Source: Octopus sinensis
Taxonomy: Eukaryota
Assembly: GCF_006345805.1 (NCBI RefSeq)
Contig: NW_021832599.1
Location: 77,122-141,121 of the forward strand
Length of the DNA stretch: 64,000 nucleotides
Direction of reading: 5' to 3'
Part shown: positions 1 to 14,269 of the stretch, piece after piece
Position numbering within the stretch: position 1 is the stretch's first letter
Layout: each line of letters opens with the position of its first letter
Position numbers and translations under genes: made by a program
Notes under the pieces: model-generated
Database searches by the model: none
What the model saw: the letters and a program-made list of their open reading frames with translations, nothing else
Told to the model about the DNA's origin: nothing

Positions 1-61
1 TCATCATTGGAATACCTTAAATCACATGGCAGGAAACAACACCAACAATTCAAGATAGAAT

Positions 62-180
62 TTAGTAGTAGTAGTAGTAGTAGTTGTGATGGTTGTGGTG
101 GTGGTAGCTATAGCAAAATGCATTAGCAGTAATACATCGAAAACAAGAACGACAGCGACATGAACAGCAGCAACAATAAC

Positions 181-257
<77 letters not shown>

Positions 258-600
258 GAGTAGTCAGCGGTGATATCGACTTCCACCAAAGAAACTAGAA
301 CTAAATACCACCACCACCAACACGACCATTATCAATACAACCGTCACCACCATCACCATCACCACTACTAACAACAGCACCATCGCACTACCATGACGAC
401 CACAACCCCAATACCACCACCACCACCATCACCACCATCACCACCACCAGTGTTACTAACACAGCAACCACCGATAACACCCCCACCCCCACCCCACCCC
501 CACCGCCACCACCATCACCACTACCACCACCATCACCATTACCATCACTACTAACAACAAGAACATCAACACCAACGTCACTATCGTCACGACCACACCC
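62..600. repeat. (TAG)n microsatellite followed by a degenerate (CAC/ACC)-rich tract
   Basis: Direct reading: pure TAG run at about 175-258, then CAC/CAT triplets. Confidence 0.95.
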
Positions 601-714
601 ACCTCTTTCTCTCGGTTCTAATCAAAAGGATAATGTATCGACCCGAGTATAGTGGCGGTCTTTGATGTTCCATCTATGGATGCTGCACAGCTAGCGAAGC
701 TGCTGCTAGGCAGT

Positions 715-1094
715 ACACACACACACACACGCGCGCGCGCACACACACACACACACACGTGCGCGTGTGTATCTGTATATAATATATCTGTGTGTATATG
801 TGTGTGTGTTTGTGCATACATGCGCGTACACCACAGGCACACAAATATATAATGAGGTTATGCGCATACAAAAAAATATATATAGGTATACACACACACA
901 TATATACATATATTCACACACACACACATATACACACATATATATACACACATACGCATATATATATATATAGGTATACACACACATATATATATATATA
1001 CACATACGCATATATATACATACGTATATATACACATATATATACACATACGCATATATAGGTATACACACATATATATATATATACATATGTT

Positions 1095-1128
<34 letters not shown>

Positions 1129-1180
1129 CACATACGCATATATATATATATATTTATGAGTATATATATATATATATACT
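715..1180. repeat. Compound (CA)n/(CG)n/(TA)n microsatellite
   Basis: Direct reading. Confidence 0.95.
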
Positions 1181-1644
1181 TACAGGCAGTTTTTGTTTTT
1201 ATGTAGTTCGTTTATTACGTAGTAGAAAAACACAAACGTGCTCAACAGAGGTTTATAACGGAAGTGTATAGATATTTCAATATGTTAATTTATGTGAGAG
1301 ATAAAGTGAGAATGCAAAAATCTGCTCCACTCCCACAGACACCCACCAACCCACCCGCATCGTCACCCACAGCACACCCACCACCCTCTGCTTCAAACTT
1401 TGAGATAGAAGAAGAAGAAGAATGAACGAATTTCCACTTGCCGTCACATGTCCAATTTCTTTCTTGGAAATTTCAAAGAATTTTCTTCGACACCAGTCGA
1501 TGCCTGATGGATGATAAATGGCAATCTGGCGCTGCTCACTCGGCTCAAATCCATTCTATTGTTTTCCAACGCGCATGGGCGTTTCGGCAACCGAGCGAAC
1601 TTGTTACTGGCATAGGACGTGCAGCATGCCTTGCTTATCACCAA

Positions 1645-2135
1645 TGCATACATGCATACATACATACATACATGCATACATGCATACATACATGTATATA
1701 TACATACATGCATACATACAAGCATACATACATACATGCATACATACATGCATACATACATACATACATGCATACATACATTCATACATGCATACATACA
1801 TACATGCATACATACATGCATACATACACGTATACATACATGCATACATGCATACTGCATAATATATACTGCATACATACATACATACATGCATACATGC
1901 ATACATACATACATGCATACACGCATACATACATGCATACATACATGCATACATACATACATGCATACATACATAGTACATACATACATACATACATACA
2001 TACATACATGCATACACGCATACATACATGCATACATACATGCATACATACATACGTACGCACATACACGCATACATACATGCATACATACATACATACA
2101 TACATACATACATACATGCATACATGCATACATGT
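1645..2135. repeat. (CATA)n/(CATG) compound microsatellite
   Basis: Direct reading; explains ORFs 1438-2166. Confidence 0.95.
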
Positions 2136-2584
2136 CCTCAATATGTCATTAAACTGCATTCGGTAGGGTGACTCCAGTTCGGGAGTTCTTGAGTTGTGGG
2201 GAACGAGGAGTCACCCCTTAACTAGTATTACTCCAAGGTCCGTTCTGACCCTGAACGGGGGTACTTGGCAGGGTTTTTATCTATGAGTTAAATAGAGGAG
2301 TGTCCCATTATTTTTGCCAAAGCAGTGTGGAAGGCAGCTCTTCTAGAAGAAAGATTCTCTGACATAAAACTTGCTGTCAAAATAGTAGCAGTCATCTTAC
2401 AGTACCTGTCACTGGAACCCACAATAGCGACCGAGAGAGTGGCAAAATTGTTGTACAAGCTTTTGTCAATTAAATCCATTGACCTACAGATGTCTCACTA
2501 TCTGTGAGACGGCTATCATCTGACAAGCTGAGATCATCATCATCATCATCTATATATACATAGATACATAGATACATACATACA

Positions 2585-2620
<36 letters not shown>

Positions 2621-2688
2621 TATATATATTAATCAGCCGAAATTGCGAGGATGATCCGGTTCTTGACTGAGGATAAAAAGCTTCGAAT

Positions 2689-2935
2689 GTGGTTAGGGTG
2701 TCAGCATCATGATCGTAAGATTGTGGTTTCGATTCCTGGATCGGGCGACGTGTTGTCTTCTTGAGCAACACACTTCATTTCACGTTGCTCCAGTCCACTC
2801 AGCTGGCAAAAATGAGTAACGCTGTGATGGACTGGCGTCCCGTCCAGCTGGGGAACACATACGCCATTGAAACCGGGAAACTGGGCCCATGAGCCTGGCT
2901 AAGCTTTAAAAGGGCGCATTTATTTATTTATCTAT
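2689..2935 (+). mobile_element. tRNA-derived SINE (family C)
   Basis: A-box-like GTGGTTAG and B-box-like GGTTTCGATTCC, ending in a (TTTA)n tail; second copy in reverse at 19930-20161. Confidence 0.75.
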
Positions 2936-3016
2936 TTTAAACTTTTTTGCTACCAACCTGATCAAGACTGCTTCTGGTTCTGTGATACGAACTTCTTGTT
3001 TTAAGATGTTCTAAAC

Positions 3017-3219
3017 CAGTGGTTCCCAAACATTTTTGGGCAGCTGCGGCCTTGGTACCCGCGCCACATTCCTATTACCCCCACCCTCCATTCACCACCA
3101 CAAACGTAGACCCCTTTCTGAAGCAAATTCAAAACAATTATTTATTTCAAAATTAAAACTTAACCAAATAAACCATTATTTTTACATCCATCGTCCCCTT
3201 TTGGCTACCCCATTATCAC
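3017..3219. mobile_element. hAT (Charlie-type) MITE, one end lost
   Basis: Starts CAGTGGTTCCCAAAC; reverse-complement homolog of 19567-19850. Confidence 0.7.
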
Positions 3220-3276
3220 CTATATATATGTATATGTATATTATATAAATAATATATATTATATATATAATATATA

Positions 3277-3349
<73 letters not shown>

Positions 3350-3509
3350 TAATAAAATATTAGGGATTAAATCCAAACTTACAGGGAAAAATCAGATTTA
3401 GGATTAAATCCAATTTTATAGTATAAATATATTATATTATATTATCTTAAATTAGAGATAAAACCACTATTAGGCAAATCAAACAATGAAAAACATAAGC
3501 CAATACATA

Positions 3510-3545
<36 letters not shown>

Positions 3546-3579
3546 CACATATATTTATATATATATATATATACATCAA

Positions 3580-3633
<54 letters not shown>

Positions 3634-3824
3634 TGTGTGTGTATTTTGTCTATGTATGTGAGTGTATGGAGCATTTTGATTAGGGTAGATTGAAGACTCG
3701 TAGATTTAATCAAAGTTTTACACAGATAAAAATACAAATACCAATTGTTAACAGAAAATGATTTTTTTTAATCTGTAAACCATACACAGCACAAATCATA
3801 CAACACCCAACTTTAAAAAAATAT

Positions 3825-5700
3825 ATATTGTTTTCTGCCTTTCTTAGCAGCAGAAATATCAATTATTTGGTCGACGTTTTTTCCCCAACAAATATGTTGG
3901 CATACTTTCGCTCAATATTTAGTATTTACACATTTTGGCGTGTTTGATTCATTGTGCTTTTGAGGTATGTCTTCATCTATCTATGGTCAATGAAGAAACG
4001 CTTTGAAGAACACAGTATAGAAGGAATAGTTGCCAAGTTACCAGCGATTTTGTTGAACTCTGACTGTACGCCATGAAGTTCGTTCTTCTAAACAGTTCCA
4101 ACAACACAAACTGCAGTTACCTGTGAACCTGATGGATGCATATAGTGTGACAAACTTTGCATGGATTTCCTTTTGTCGTTTTAAGCGATCCAGATCAAAA
4201 CTATGATGCAATGCATCATGGGAATCGCATTCATTAACGCTTCAGGATTGATGATAATACAATATGAGGGCACAAAGTATGCCTCATCGTTACTTTTAAA
4301 TCGTGTTTTCCATAACCACAATCATCTTATCTAAATTGAAATAGTAATTTATACGATGGTACTGTGTGGCACTTTGATCTGGCGCCATTTCTGTTGCTGA
4401 TTAACCAAGCAGAATTTACAGTCGACACCTTTGTTTTTTTTGTTTTTTTGTGAAACGTTTGCCTCCTTGAATGAGAATCGTGTGCCTTGGATGTCTTTCA
4501 TAGTAAAACCAAACTCATTAGCTCATACCCAAATGCTTTCAAAGTTAGTAAAAACTCCTTGGTCACTGTAGCTGTTCTTCCAGCAGTGATAGTATCTACA
4601 ATCTTTCCTTGGAGGTATTTACTGGGATTTTTTTCTGCGTGACAGTACTACTTACAGCACAGCCAATCCAACAAAAGTTTAAAAAATCACACGTGACGTT
4701 CAATAATGCACTGTTATCTTTATATGTTTTGAAGTCTTGATCATTTGTAAAGTTAATCAAAGTCTTTAAGATATGAAATAGTTGTTCTATTACGGCTTTT
4801 ATTTCTTTATATCTACAAGACCACTTTATATTCCATTGAGTGCCATGCTTTCAAAGATTGCGTGTTATTAGGGATTGGCCTCAGGAAAGTTACAGAAGTT
4901 CTGAATGTATCCAAAGACATTATGCAGGAATTCAATATCTGACATTTTACCTTGAATAGCAAGATTTAGGAGAAACCTATGAGAATGGACAAAAATGATA
5001 GAAAGAGAACACTCCTTTGTTGCCAAATATCTCTATAGACACTGTCTGTAAGGCGATTACTGCGACAATCAAAGCATTTGTTAATGATTTTGTTAATTTT
5101 CAGCTCCAGCTTCCCATGTACATTGTTGATTAATTCAAAGAGAACATTTCCTTCGGTTGATGGGGCTGCATAAACCCGATGAAATGTTCCCTGGTTTCTC
5201 CTTCACTGCCGAATGTGAGACATATTGCAACGTTTAAGCTTGTTGATGTCCGACGCTTCAGCAATCGTAATAGAATCTCCTGAATAGTTGTTCACATCAT
5301 TTGCTATAATGCTGAAAAAAAGATCTCAGCCAGGCAATAAATGAGATCAGTTACATATGTGCATCTCACTGACACTAACAAGAGAATATCAGCAAGCCGA
5401 AGATGTAGATGCCTCAAAATTCACCGCTGATAACGATGAAAGCTTCCCCTTAACTTATTGTTAGCCTTTGCAAGACCTAGTAGCGTTACGTTTGGTTGGG
5501 CAGTGAACAATAGATTCGCGATAATAATGTTCAAATATTGTCGGTTACGCACTACTTGCTGCCTGTGTGCGCTATTTAGTTGACCTCACACCAATGTTTT
5601 GTGCTTCGCCTTTGTTCGACAGTGTATCCGCTTCATCAGAGGGTGCTGATGGCAAGCACTTTTCGCATGTTTTGTGAACCGATTTATCTTTTTATCAGTT
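3825..5700 (-). pseudogene. Decayed hAT transposase (ZMYM1/DUF4371-type with hAT C-terminal dimerisation domain)
   Basis: Minus-strand frames give GETREHFIGFM, STEGNVLFELI, KCFDCRSN, VHSHRFLLNLAIQ and LATIPSILCSSKRFF..MKTYLKSTMNQ..ILNIE..VDQIIDISAAKKGRK, the motif order of hAT DDE transposases; many stops and frameshifts. Confidence 0.8.
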
Positions 5701-6139
5701 TTGAAATATAAAGGTTTTATTTATTGCGCATGAACCATTTAACAGGTTAAAAGGAAGCTTGATATTTGTGCTTGTTTTACGTAAGCCGAGGGTGAAATAT
5801 AAATAATGTTTTTATTGAAATCTCTCAAACTAAACTCCTTAATGTCTTTGCCTTATATTGTGTCAGGACTGGTTGATTTTATCAACGTTTTATGATATTG
5901 GATACTGTCCTTGAAATATTTATTATTTGCCCGTTATTTTAACATATTTCTTTTGATGTATTTGAGCAAAATGCTCATTTTAATGTCAGTAAACATTTAT
6001 TATAATTATATGAAGTCATTCGTGAGTAATCGAAGAAGCTCTGCAAAGAAACCATTAGAATGAACATCAACGGATCACTGTTTCAGTCCCAGTTTTCTGC
6101 CTGGTGATGTTGATCTCTTTTATTCTTGAAATAATTGGT

Positions 6140-6350
6140 TTCAAGTTTTGACACAAGGCCAGCAATTTTGAGTGAGCGGGATAGTTGATTGCATTCACCA
6201 AGGATTCAACTGGTACTTATTTTATCGATCTCGAAAAGACAAAAGGCAAAGTCGACCTCGGCGGCATTTGAACCCAGAACATAAAGACAGACGGAATGCC
6301 GATAAGCATTTTGGCCGGCGCGGTAACGAGTCTGCCAGTTTGACACCTTT
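6140..6350 (-). mobile_element. SINE family A, diverged monomer
   Basis: Homologous to the head and AAAGGCAAAGTCGACCTCGGCGG core of the other A copies. Confidence 0.8.
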
Positions 6351-6481
6351 ATTCTTGAAATTATTATTAATAGAAATCTCCAGAGGCTGATTAACTTAAT
6401 TAGAGGGTGCAATACAAAGGAATTCAGAGTAAACTTCCAATTTTTGATATAATAATTGTGTGTGTGTGTGTGTGATGAGTT

Positions 6482-7620
6482 ATCTATATATATATATAAA
6501 ATTCTTTATCTGTCTGTCTGTTCCCTATGCATCCTCAAACGGCTCAAATCAAATTTTACGAGGTAATAGTATTAGACCCCGTGAGTGTCAACATGTAATT
6601 TTTTTTTCATTTGAATTAGAACAATACAACATTGGCACTGGTTCGGTATGACGTGTCAAAAGTGAAAGAATAAGATATATATTGTAATGTGATATAATAT
6701 TGCTTCACTTTTGCTCTTTCACTTTTAATTCTAATGTGATAAGCCTATAATATTCTTCACTTTCAAATATATTTGGTTAATTTATACCGCATGCAAAAAT
6801 AAAGACAAACTACTTACAACTGCTTACAAAAATTCAGATTAATGTATAATTTTTTCTATGTTCATAATTTTTTGTTTACAATATTGAAAAAATATCATCA
6901 AAGAAAAGACGTAATCTCTTCAAAAAAAAAAAGTATACAGCAAGGGGAATTGTAGAAAACTGAAGGCGAGAGTCTGAGACTTTCTCAAGATCAGCAAACG
7001 CAAACTGCAGAACGTTAAATGGAGTCTCAAGACAGAAGGGAGATGAGACATTCGCAAGATCAGCAAAGGCATGCTGCAGCACTTAATGCTGAATCATTGC
7101 AACAACGTTTTAATGATTAGACAGAGGTTCAATAAAACAGTTCTCAGAAACAGACTACGTACAAATTCGTTCTTCACAACTCTGGAGCTGCTTTCAGATC
7201 TGATCTATCCCATTCTTATGAAAATGAGAATTTTGTTCTACCCGGTGTGGTAAACTCAAATTGTCGTTTCTGCAATGCTTTAAAAATTCCAAATGAAACT
7301 AATGGCACGTGCCGCTCAGGTGGTAAGGTAAGATTGCCAGCACTACCAGCTCCACCTCAACCTTTTATGGGTCTTCTGGAAGGCATTTCCGTCCAGGGAA
7401 AGGATTTTTTTAACAATACCTGACAATACAACTCTGCATTTCAAATGACATCGTTTGGTGCATCTAAAGAGGTAGTTGAACGTGGATTTACACCGATGTT
7501 CAAAGTTCAGGGGCAAGTCTATCACCTCATTGCTTCCCTGTTACCCACAAATGAACAACCACAGTTCCTCCAAATTTACTTTATGACTGATGTAGGACAA
7601 CAAACCCGAAGGAAGTGTCA
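6482..7620 (+). mobile_element. Helitron 5' end and N-terminal Rep fragment (truncated, decayed)
   Basis: TCTATATATATATAAAA...CTGTCTGTCTG start; translation CRFCNALK..GGKVRLPALP..QYNSAFQMTSFG..FKVQGQVYHLIASLLP..PQFLQIYF matches the Helitron helicase-like N-terminal domain. Confidence 0.85.
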
Positions 7621-7884
7621 AATCTTCAGACGATGGGTCGTGTAAGATGCAGCGCCGACCGCCGCAAAGGAGAATATATCCACCAACAGCTTTGCGGTGC
7701 GTTCGAAAATCGCATACACACCACACCCAATTTCCATGACAGGTTAGGACCTGGAATGCTCCAAACGAACGTATGACATGTCGCCTAGTCAAATTAGCCC
7801 ATCATTTATTCCACAAATGTTTTGTCGTCAATGCTGCACTTTCCCGTATCACCTGTTTCAACATAACTGTAATATATATATATA

Positions 7885-8075
7885 TATATATATATTTTTT
7901 TCCTCTGTCTTCCCTTCTCTGGATCTTTCCTTCTCCAATGTTTCCGACGAAGAGCTCCGCTCGAAACGTTAAACCCTCTTTCTTTCCTTCTTTCCTGAGC
8001 GTCCAATAATACTATATTTGTTCCACGTCCTCGCGTTGTTGTGTTTTTTTGTGCTTTCCTGTTTGGATTAACTAT
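7885..8075 (+). mobile_element. Short Penelope-like terminal repeat with degenerate minimal hammerhead (7940-7974)
   Basis: GTTT-CCGACGA-A-GAGC(TCC)GCTC-GAAAC-GTT-AAAC; related copies at 10480-10680 (-) and 59030-59220 (-). Confidence 0.5.
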
Positions 8076-8088
8076 ATATATATATATA

Positions 8089-8501
8089 GGCGCAGGAGTG
8101 GCTGTGTGGTAAGAAGCTTGTCTACCAACCACATGGTTCCGGGTTCAGTCCCACAGCGTGGCACCTTGGGCAAGTGTCTTCTACTATAGCCTCGGGCCGA
8201 CCAAAGCCTTGTGAGTGGATTTGGTAGATGGAAACTGAAAGAAGCCCGTCGTATATATGTATATATATATATATATATATGCGTGTGTGTGTTTGTGTGT
8301 ATATGTTTGTCCCCTCGCTTTGCTTGACAACCGATGCTGATGTGTTTATGTCCCCGTTACTTAGCGGTTCGGCAAAAGAGACCGATAGAATAAGTACTGG
8401 GCTTACAAAAGAATAAGTCCCGGGTTCGAGTTGCTCGATTAAAGGCGGTGCTCCAGTATGGCCGCAGTCAAATGACTGAAACAAGTAAAAGAGTAAAAGA
8501 G
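8089..8501 (+). mobile_element. tRNA-derived SINE family B, full length
   Basis: GGCGCAGGAGTGGCTGTGTGGTAAG head, GGTTCAGTCCC B-box, CORE-like CACCTTGGGCAAGTG, internal (TA)/(GT) tract, GTAAAAGA tail; at least 7 copies in the window. Confidence 0.9.
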
Positions 8502-8505
8502 TATA

Positions 8506-8541
<36 letters not shown>

Positions 8542-9044
8542 TGTATGTATGTATGTATATATGTATGTATACAAACTATGCCGTTTTAATCTGGAGCAAC
8601 GCTGGGTATTTCTGCCAGTTCTTAATAACCTTCAGCAATTCAAGCATTCCTACCTGCCCCTGTGTATCATATATTCTCGATCCCATTTACACCTCGCACA
8701 CTCAACAGACTCCTGACAAAAGTTCGTTCACAGAACGCAGTTTCCATCGCCGATTTTCACGCATCAACAACGGCTCAGTCTTATCTGGCTTTTATACTTG
8801 AAAACAGCGACGATGCAAGTATCTTCCTCTTTATACTCTGATACCTTTTTTAAAAAGTTTTATTTTATCTTTTTAAAACATGTTTTTAATAAGGTTCGTA
8901 ATCTATTAAGCTTAAATCATACAGGACCTTAGAAATTACGGTTTAGGGGCTAACTAGATCATTTCCAACTCCATTCTATAGGAATTTCACACACACACAC
9001 ACACACACCATTACCATCACCAACTCACATATACCTCTCTCCAT

Positions 9045-9165
<121 letters not shown>

Positions 9166-9984
9166 ACCAATATGTATGCATGTATGTATGTATGTACGAA
9201 TGTATGTATGTGCGTACATCCAATCGACATGTGATCTATGTCACTAAAGGAAGATAAGTCCGTATACGCCTACGCCTGTATGTGTATGTGTGTGTGTATA
9301 TAAGAGTGCGTGCGCGGACATGCGTATATATATGCACGGAATAAACCGTAAACGAACGTAACCCAAATAATACAACAACCAAACATAATAAAAACGATAA
9401 CAATAACAAAAACAACAATATTAGCAATGATAATAGTAATAACAATAGTCTATGGAGCCGACCAGCAAAGCATGCTAGCCCCGCCATACCCATCCTGTAC
9501 AACAAAATACGCGACTACATTAAAGAAGCTAATTATAAACAAGCGGTTGAGACGTCGAGTCTGCTTTTTCATTGGGCGAAGCGTTGCATATTGAAGTGTC
9601 TTCTCTCTCTAGCACCGCTCCGATCGCTTTTTTTGTTTTTTGTTTTTGATGTAGTTTTTGTATGTGAGCTTTTAATCGGCGTAGCACAAAAACAAACCCG
9701 TACTCTTTGATCTCCAGCGCACAGCAGAATGAATAGAGCATTGAGTATAACTTACGACTTGAATTCTAAATATTGTGAAATCATGAAACAAAACAAGAAA
9801 AAAACTTCAAATTTCTAATGTTTAGAGAGAGAGGGGGAAAGAGAGAGGAAAGAAAGAGAGAGAGAGAGAGGGGAAGAGAGACAGAGAGACAGACACAAAG
9901 ACAGTGAGAGAGAGAGAGCTGAAAGAAGAAAGAGATTGCAATAAACTTGCTCATATATAAGTTAATAGATTATGTGAAAGCCAT

Positions 9985-10380
9985 CTACATACACATACAT
10001 GCACATATACATACACAGACACAGACACGCCCACTCATATATATATGCATGTAAATGTATATACGTATATGTGTATGTGTATATGTATATGTATGTATAT
10101 CTATCTATCTATCTATATATGTACATACATATGTTCACATATATGTATAGGGATATATATATATACATATATACATATATATATATATACACATATATAT
10201 ATATACATACATATATACATGCATATATATATACACATACATATATATATACACATACATATATATATACAAATACATATATATATATACACATACATAT
10301 ATATATATATACATACATGCATATATATATACATACATACATACATATATATATATACATATACATACATACATATATAT

Positions 10381-10424
<44 letters not shown>

Positions 10425-10470
10425 ACATACATACACATACATACATACATATACATATATATATATAGTT
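9985..10470. repeat. Compound (CATA)/(TA) microsatellite
   Basis: Direct reading. Confidence 0.95.
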
Positions 10471-10479
10471 CAAATTTAT

Positions 10480-10680
10480 AGAAAAACAAAGACGAAGACA
10501 GCTGTAGGAACAACAAGCAAGTGAATTAGTTTGACGCTCGGGGAAAATGGAAAAGTCTTCTACGTTTCGAGTCTACGCTCTTCGACAGAAAAGAACAAAA
10601 TGAAATATATATATAGAAAAAAGATGGAAAAAAAAACATGTTGCGTTCGGTCGTCCAACATGGCGAAAGATATATATATA
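10480..10680 (-). mobile_element. Short Penelope-like terminal repeat, degenerate hammerhead (10555-10593)
   Basis: Minus strand reads CTGTCGA-A-GAGC-GTA-GACTC-GAAAC-GTA; homologous to 59030-59220. Confidence 0.45.
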
Positions 10681-10810
10681 TATAATTCAACTGACTCCAT
10701 GTAAACTATAAAGTCTACACCATGTGTTGACCACTCTTTCGTATGAATACCAACGTATTCATATTCAGTATACGGCAGACAAATATATATATAACTATGT
10801 GTATGTGTGT

Positions 10811-11120
10811 ATTCTTTTATTCTTTTGCTTGTTTCAGTCATTTGACTGCGGCCATGCTTTTAATCGAAGAAATAGTCCCAAGGACATCTTTGTAAGCCTC
10901 GTACTTATTCTAGCGGCCTATTTTTGCTGAACCGCTAAAATACGGGGACGTAAACCCACCGACATCGGTTGTCAAGCGATTGGTGGGGGAAGGGCAGACA
11001 CAAAGACACACACACACACGTAAATATTTACATATACATATATACGACGGGCTTCTTTCCGTTTCCGTCAGCCAAATCCACTCGCAAGGTTTTGGTCGGC
11101 CCGAGGCCATAGTTGAAGAG
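10811..11120 (-). mobile_element. SINE family B, 5'-truncated
   Basis: Reverse complement of the 8089-8501 body and tail. Confidence 0.85.
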
Positions 11121-11155
<35 letters not shown>

Positions 11156-11159
11156 GTGC

Positions 11160-11506
11160 GAATGCGTGGCTGTGTGGTAAGTAGCTTACTTACCAACCAC
11201 ATGGTTCCAGGTTCAGTCCCATTGCGTGTCACTTTGTCCAAATGTTTTCTACTATGGCCTCGAGCCGACCAAAGCTTTGTGAGTGGATTTGGTAGACGGA
11301 AACAGAAAGAAGCCCGTCGTAAATGTGTGTGTCTGTTGGTGTTGGTGTATTTACGTACCCGTAACTTAGCGGTTCGGCTAATATACCGATAGAATAAGTA
11401 CGAGACTTACAAAGAATAAGTCTTTGGGTCGATAGCTTCGTCTAGAAGGCGGTGCTCCTTCATGGCCGCAGTCAAATGACTGAAACAAGTAAAAGAATAA
11501 AAGAAT
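11160..11506 (+). mobile_element. SINE family B
   Basis: Same head, core and tail as 8089-8501. Confidence 0.9.
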
Positions 11507-11593
11507 ACACACACATACACTCATGTGTTTTTATTTACACATACACACATATTTTGTTTACATACGAAAGACTGGTCAACACATAGTGTAGAC

Positions 11594-11650
11594 CAGCGCT
11601 ACTCAAAGTGGTGGTCCGCGAGCCATTAGCTTTCCGTACGCTGCGAATTT
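11594..11650. mobile_element. hAT-Charlie terminal fragment
   Basis: CAGCGCTACTCAAAGTGGTGGTCCGCG resembles Charlie/MER5-type TIRs; preceded by GTGTAGAC. Confidence 0.45.
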
Positions 11651-11822
11651 CCAGAAAAGAATGAAACGTTATTAAATGCTTATAAAATGCATTTGTATAT
11701 AGTATTTGTTTACAAAATAAATATAAGATAAAAGAAAAAAATTGTCAATTTTTATTATGTTCACTATATATATATTGTTTCCGGTATAAATTAATATTAC
11801 CAAAAAAAAATTTTTTTTAAAT

Positions 11823-12601
11823 GGCAGCAAGCTGGCAGAAACGCTAGCACGACGGACGAAATGCTTAGCGGTATTTCGTCTGCCATTACGTTCTAAGTTC
11901 AAATTCCGCCGAACTCGACTTTGCCTTTCATCTTTTCGGGGTCGATAAATTAAGTACCAGTTACGCACTGGGGTCGATGGAAACAACTAATCCGTTTGTC
12001 TGTCCTTGTGTCCTCTCTGTGTTTAGCCCCTTGTCAGTAGTAAGAAATAGGTATTTCGTCTGCCGTTACGTTCTGAGTTCAAATTCCGCCGAGGTCATCT
12101 TTGCCTTTCATCCTTTCGAGGTCGATAAATTAAGTACCAGTTACGCACTGGGGTCGATATAATCGACTTAATCCGTTTGTCTGTCCTTGTTTGTCCTCTC
12201 TGTGTGTAGCCCCTTGTCAGTAGTAAAGAAATAGGTATTTCGTCTGCCGTTACGTTCTGAGTTCAAATTCCGCCGAGGTCAACTTTGCCTTTCATCCTTT
12301 CGGGGTCGATAAATTAAGTACCAGTTACGCACTGGGGTCGATGTAAACAACTTAATCCGTTTGTCTGTCCTTGTTTGTCCTCTCTGTGTGTAGCCCCTTG
12401 TCAGTAGTAAAGAAATAGGTATTTCGTCTGCCGTTACGTTCTGAGTTCAAATTCCGCCGAGGTCGACTTTGCCTTTCATCATTTCGGGGTCGATAAATTA
12501 AGCACCAGATACGCACTGGGGTCGATGTAATCGACTGAATCCGTTTGTCTGTCCTTGTTTGTCCTCTCTATGTTTAGCCCCTTGCGGGCAATAAAGAAAT
12601 A
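11823..12601 (+). mobile_element. SINE family A with 4 tandem internal units
   Basis: One tRNA-like head followed by about four ~184-bp core+tail units joined at AAAGAAATA/GGTATTTCG. Confidence 0.9.
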
Positions 12602-13039
12602 AGAAACGTTAGCACGCCGGGCGTAACTGGGGTTGATCTAACCGGCTGCCCCCCCCCACAAAATTTCGGGCCTTGTGCCTAGAGTAGAAAAGAATATTAC
12701 TAAGAAATATTACCGGTCCCTGGCACATTGGAAAATAATAATAATAATAATAAACTGCCCTTACGCCACATCAGATAGTTTGAGAAACACTGGTGTAAAC
12801 TTAACTGTTTACATGAAGTCATTTGGTGATTCATTCTGCTGTTGCTCAGAGTTTTCCCGTCACGTGCGTTCAATCGAAGGGCGACACCAGATGGAGGAAG
12901 CGAGAAGAGGAGAAAAGGAAAATGTGCGTGAATATATTAGGAGACAGCGTTCGTAAGATGAATAGATCAACATATTGTGAGAGAGAGAGTTTACATCGAG
13001 TAAGATAAATGAATGGCCCATGCTAGAAATTAGGTTTAT

Positions 13040-13140
13040 GTGAGTGTGTGTGTGTGTTGTGTGTGTGTGTGTGTGTGTGTGTGTTTATATATATATATAT
13101 ATATATATATAGATAGATAGATAGTTAGATAGCTAGATAG

Positions 13141-13173
<33 letters not shown>

Positions 13174-13371
13174 TGTATGTATGTATGCATGTATGTATGT
13201 ATGTATGTATGTATGTATGTATGTATGTATGTGTGTATGTATGTATGTATGTATGTATGTATGTATGTGTGTATGTATGTATGTATGCATGTATGTATGT
13301 ATGTATGTATGTATGTATGTATGTATGTATGTATGTACGTATGTATGTATGCATGTATGTATGTATGTATG

Positions 13372-13403
<32 letters not shown>

Positions 13404-13727
13404 CATGTATGTATGTATGTATGTATGTATGTATGTATGTGTGTATGTATGTGTGTATGTATGCATGTATGTATGTATCTACATCTATGTATATATGTAT
13501 GCAATGTATACCTTCTTTAAAATACACACTTACACATGCATTACACATACGTATACACATATGCATACATATACGCATAAACACACACACATACAGATAT
13601 ATATACATACGTACATGCGTATATACATATATATATATAATATGCATACATAGATACATATATACATATATGCGTACACATAACATACGCATATATAGAT
13701 ACATAAACATACATACATATAGTATAT

Positions 13728-13796
<69 letters not shown>

Positions 13797-13835
13797 ATGG
13801 TAATCACACATAGATACGTGTGTGTGTGTGTGTGC
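13040..13835. repeat. Compound (GT)/(TA)/(GATA)/(TATG) microsatellite
   Basis: Direct reading. Confidence 0.95.
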
Positions 13836-14237
13836 GTGGCGTGCCCCTAGGAAGTTAATTCCCCGTTAAGCACTTTGAGGTATTTTTTCCTTAGAAGTGT
13901 TTTATCTGGCTGCGTAAAAAAATTATCTTTCTTTCGGTACATTTGTCCGTTCCTGCTAATCACACAGGAATTCTGTCTTTTAATGCTGCCTGAAGAGTAA
14001 TACAATTCTCGAAACGTTCTGTAGCGGAAGACATGCTGCGAGCGATGATCACAGTCTTTTTTTTTTCGTTTTTTTTTTTTACTTTTTGCTACATCAGAAT
14101 CTCTTAGCGTTCATTTTTGACTCTTTAGTCCCAAATATTTCATAAATTACATGAAAGTTATTCGAGCACTTTATATTGTCTGTGTGTCTGTGTGTGTGCA
14201 TGTGCGTGGATCTGTGAGTGCAAGTCTGTGTGAGTGC

Positions 14238-14269
<32 letters not shown>

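Noticed and set aside
2165-2515. Short ORFs 2288-2479 and 2325-2507 as a gene or TE protein
   Set aside because: No recognisable motif in any frame; probably an old repeat fragment that I could not identify.
9345-9655. Asn-rich open frame (…NNNSLWSRPAKHASPAIPILYNK…) as a host exon
   Set aside because: No ATG or convincing splice acceptor and no recognisable domain; it would need RNA-seq.
13985-14025. Hammerhead-like CTGAAGA...GAAACGTT (similar weak cases at about 14296, 14535, 25600 and 37242)
   Set aside because: Core-like words are present, but stem I register, stem II or the cleavage triplet do not fit. They may be decayed PLE motifs and are not supportable individually.
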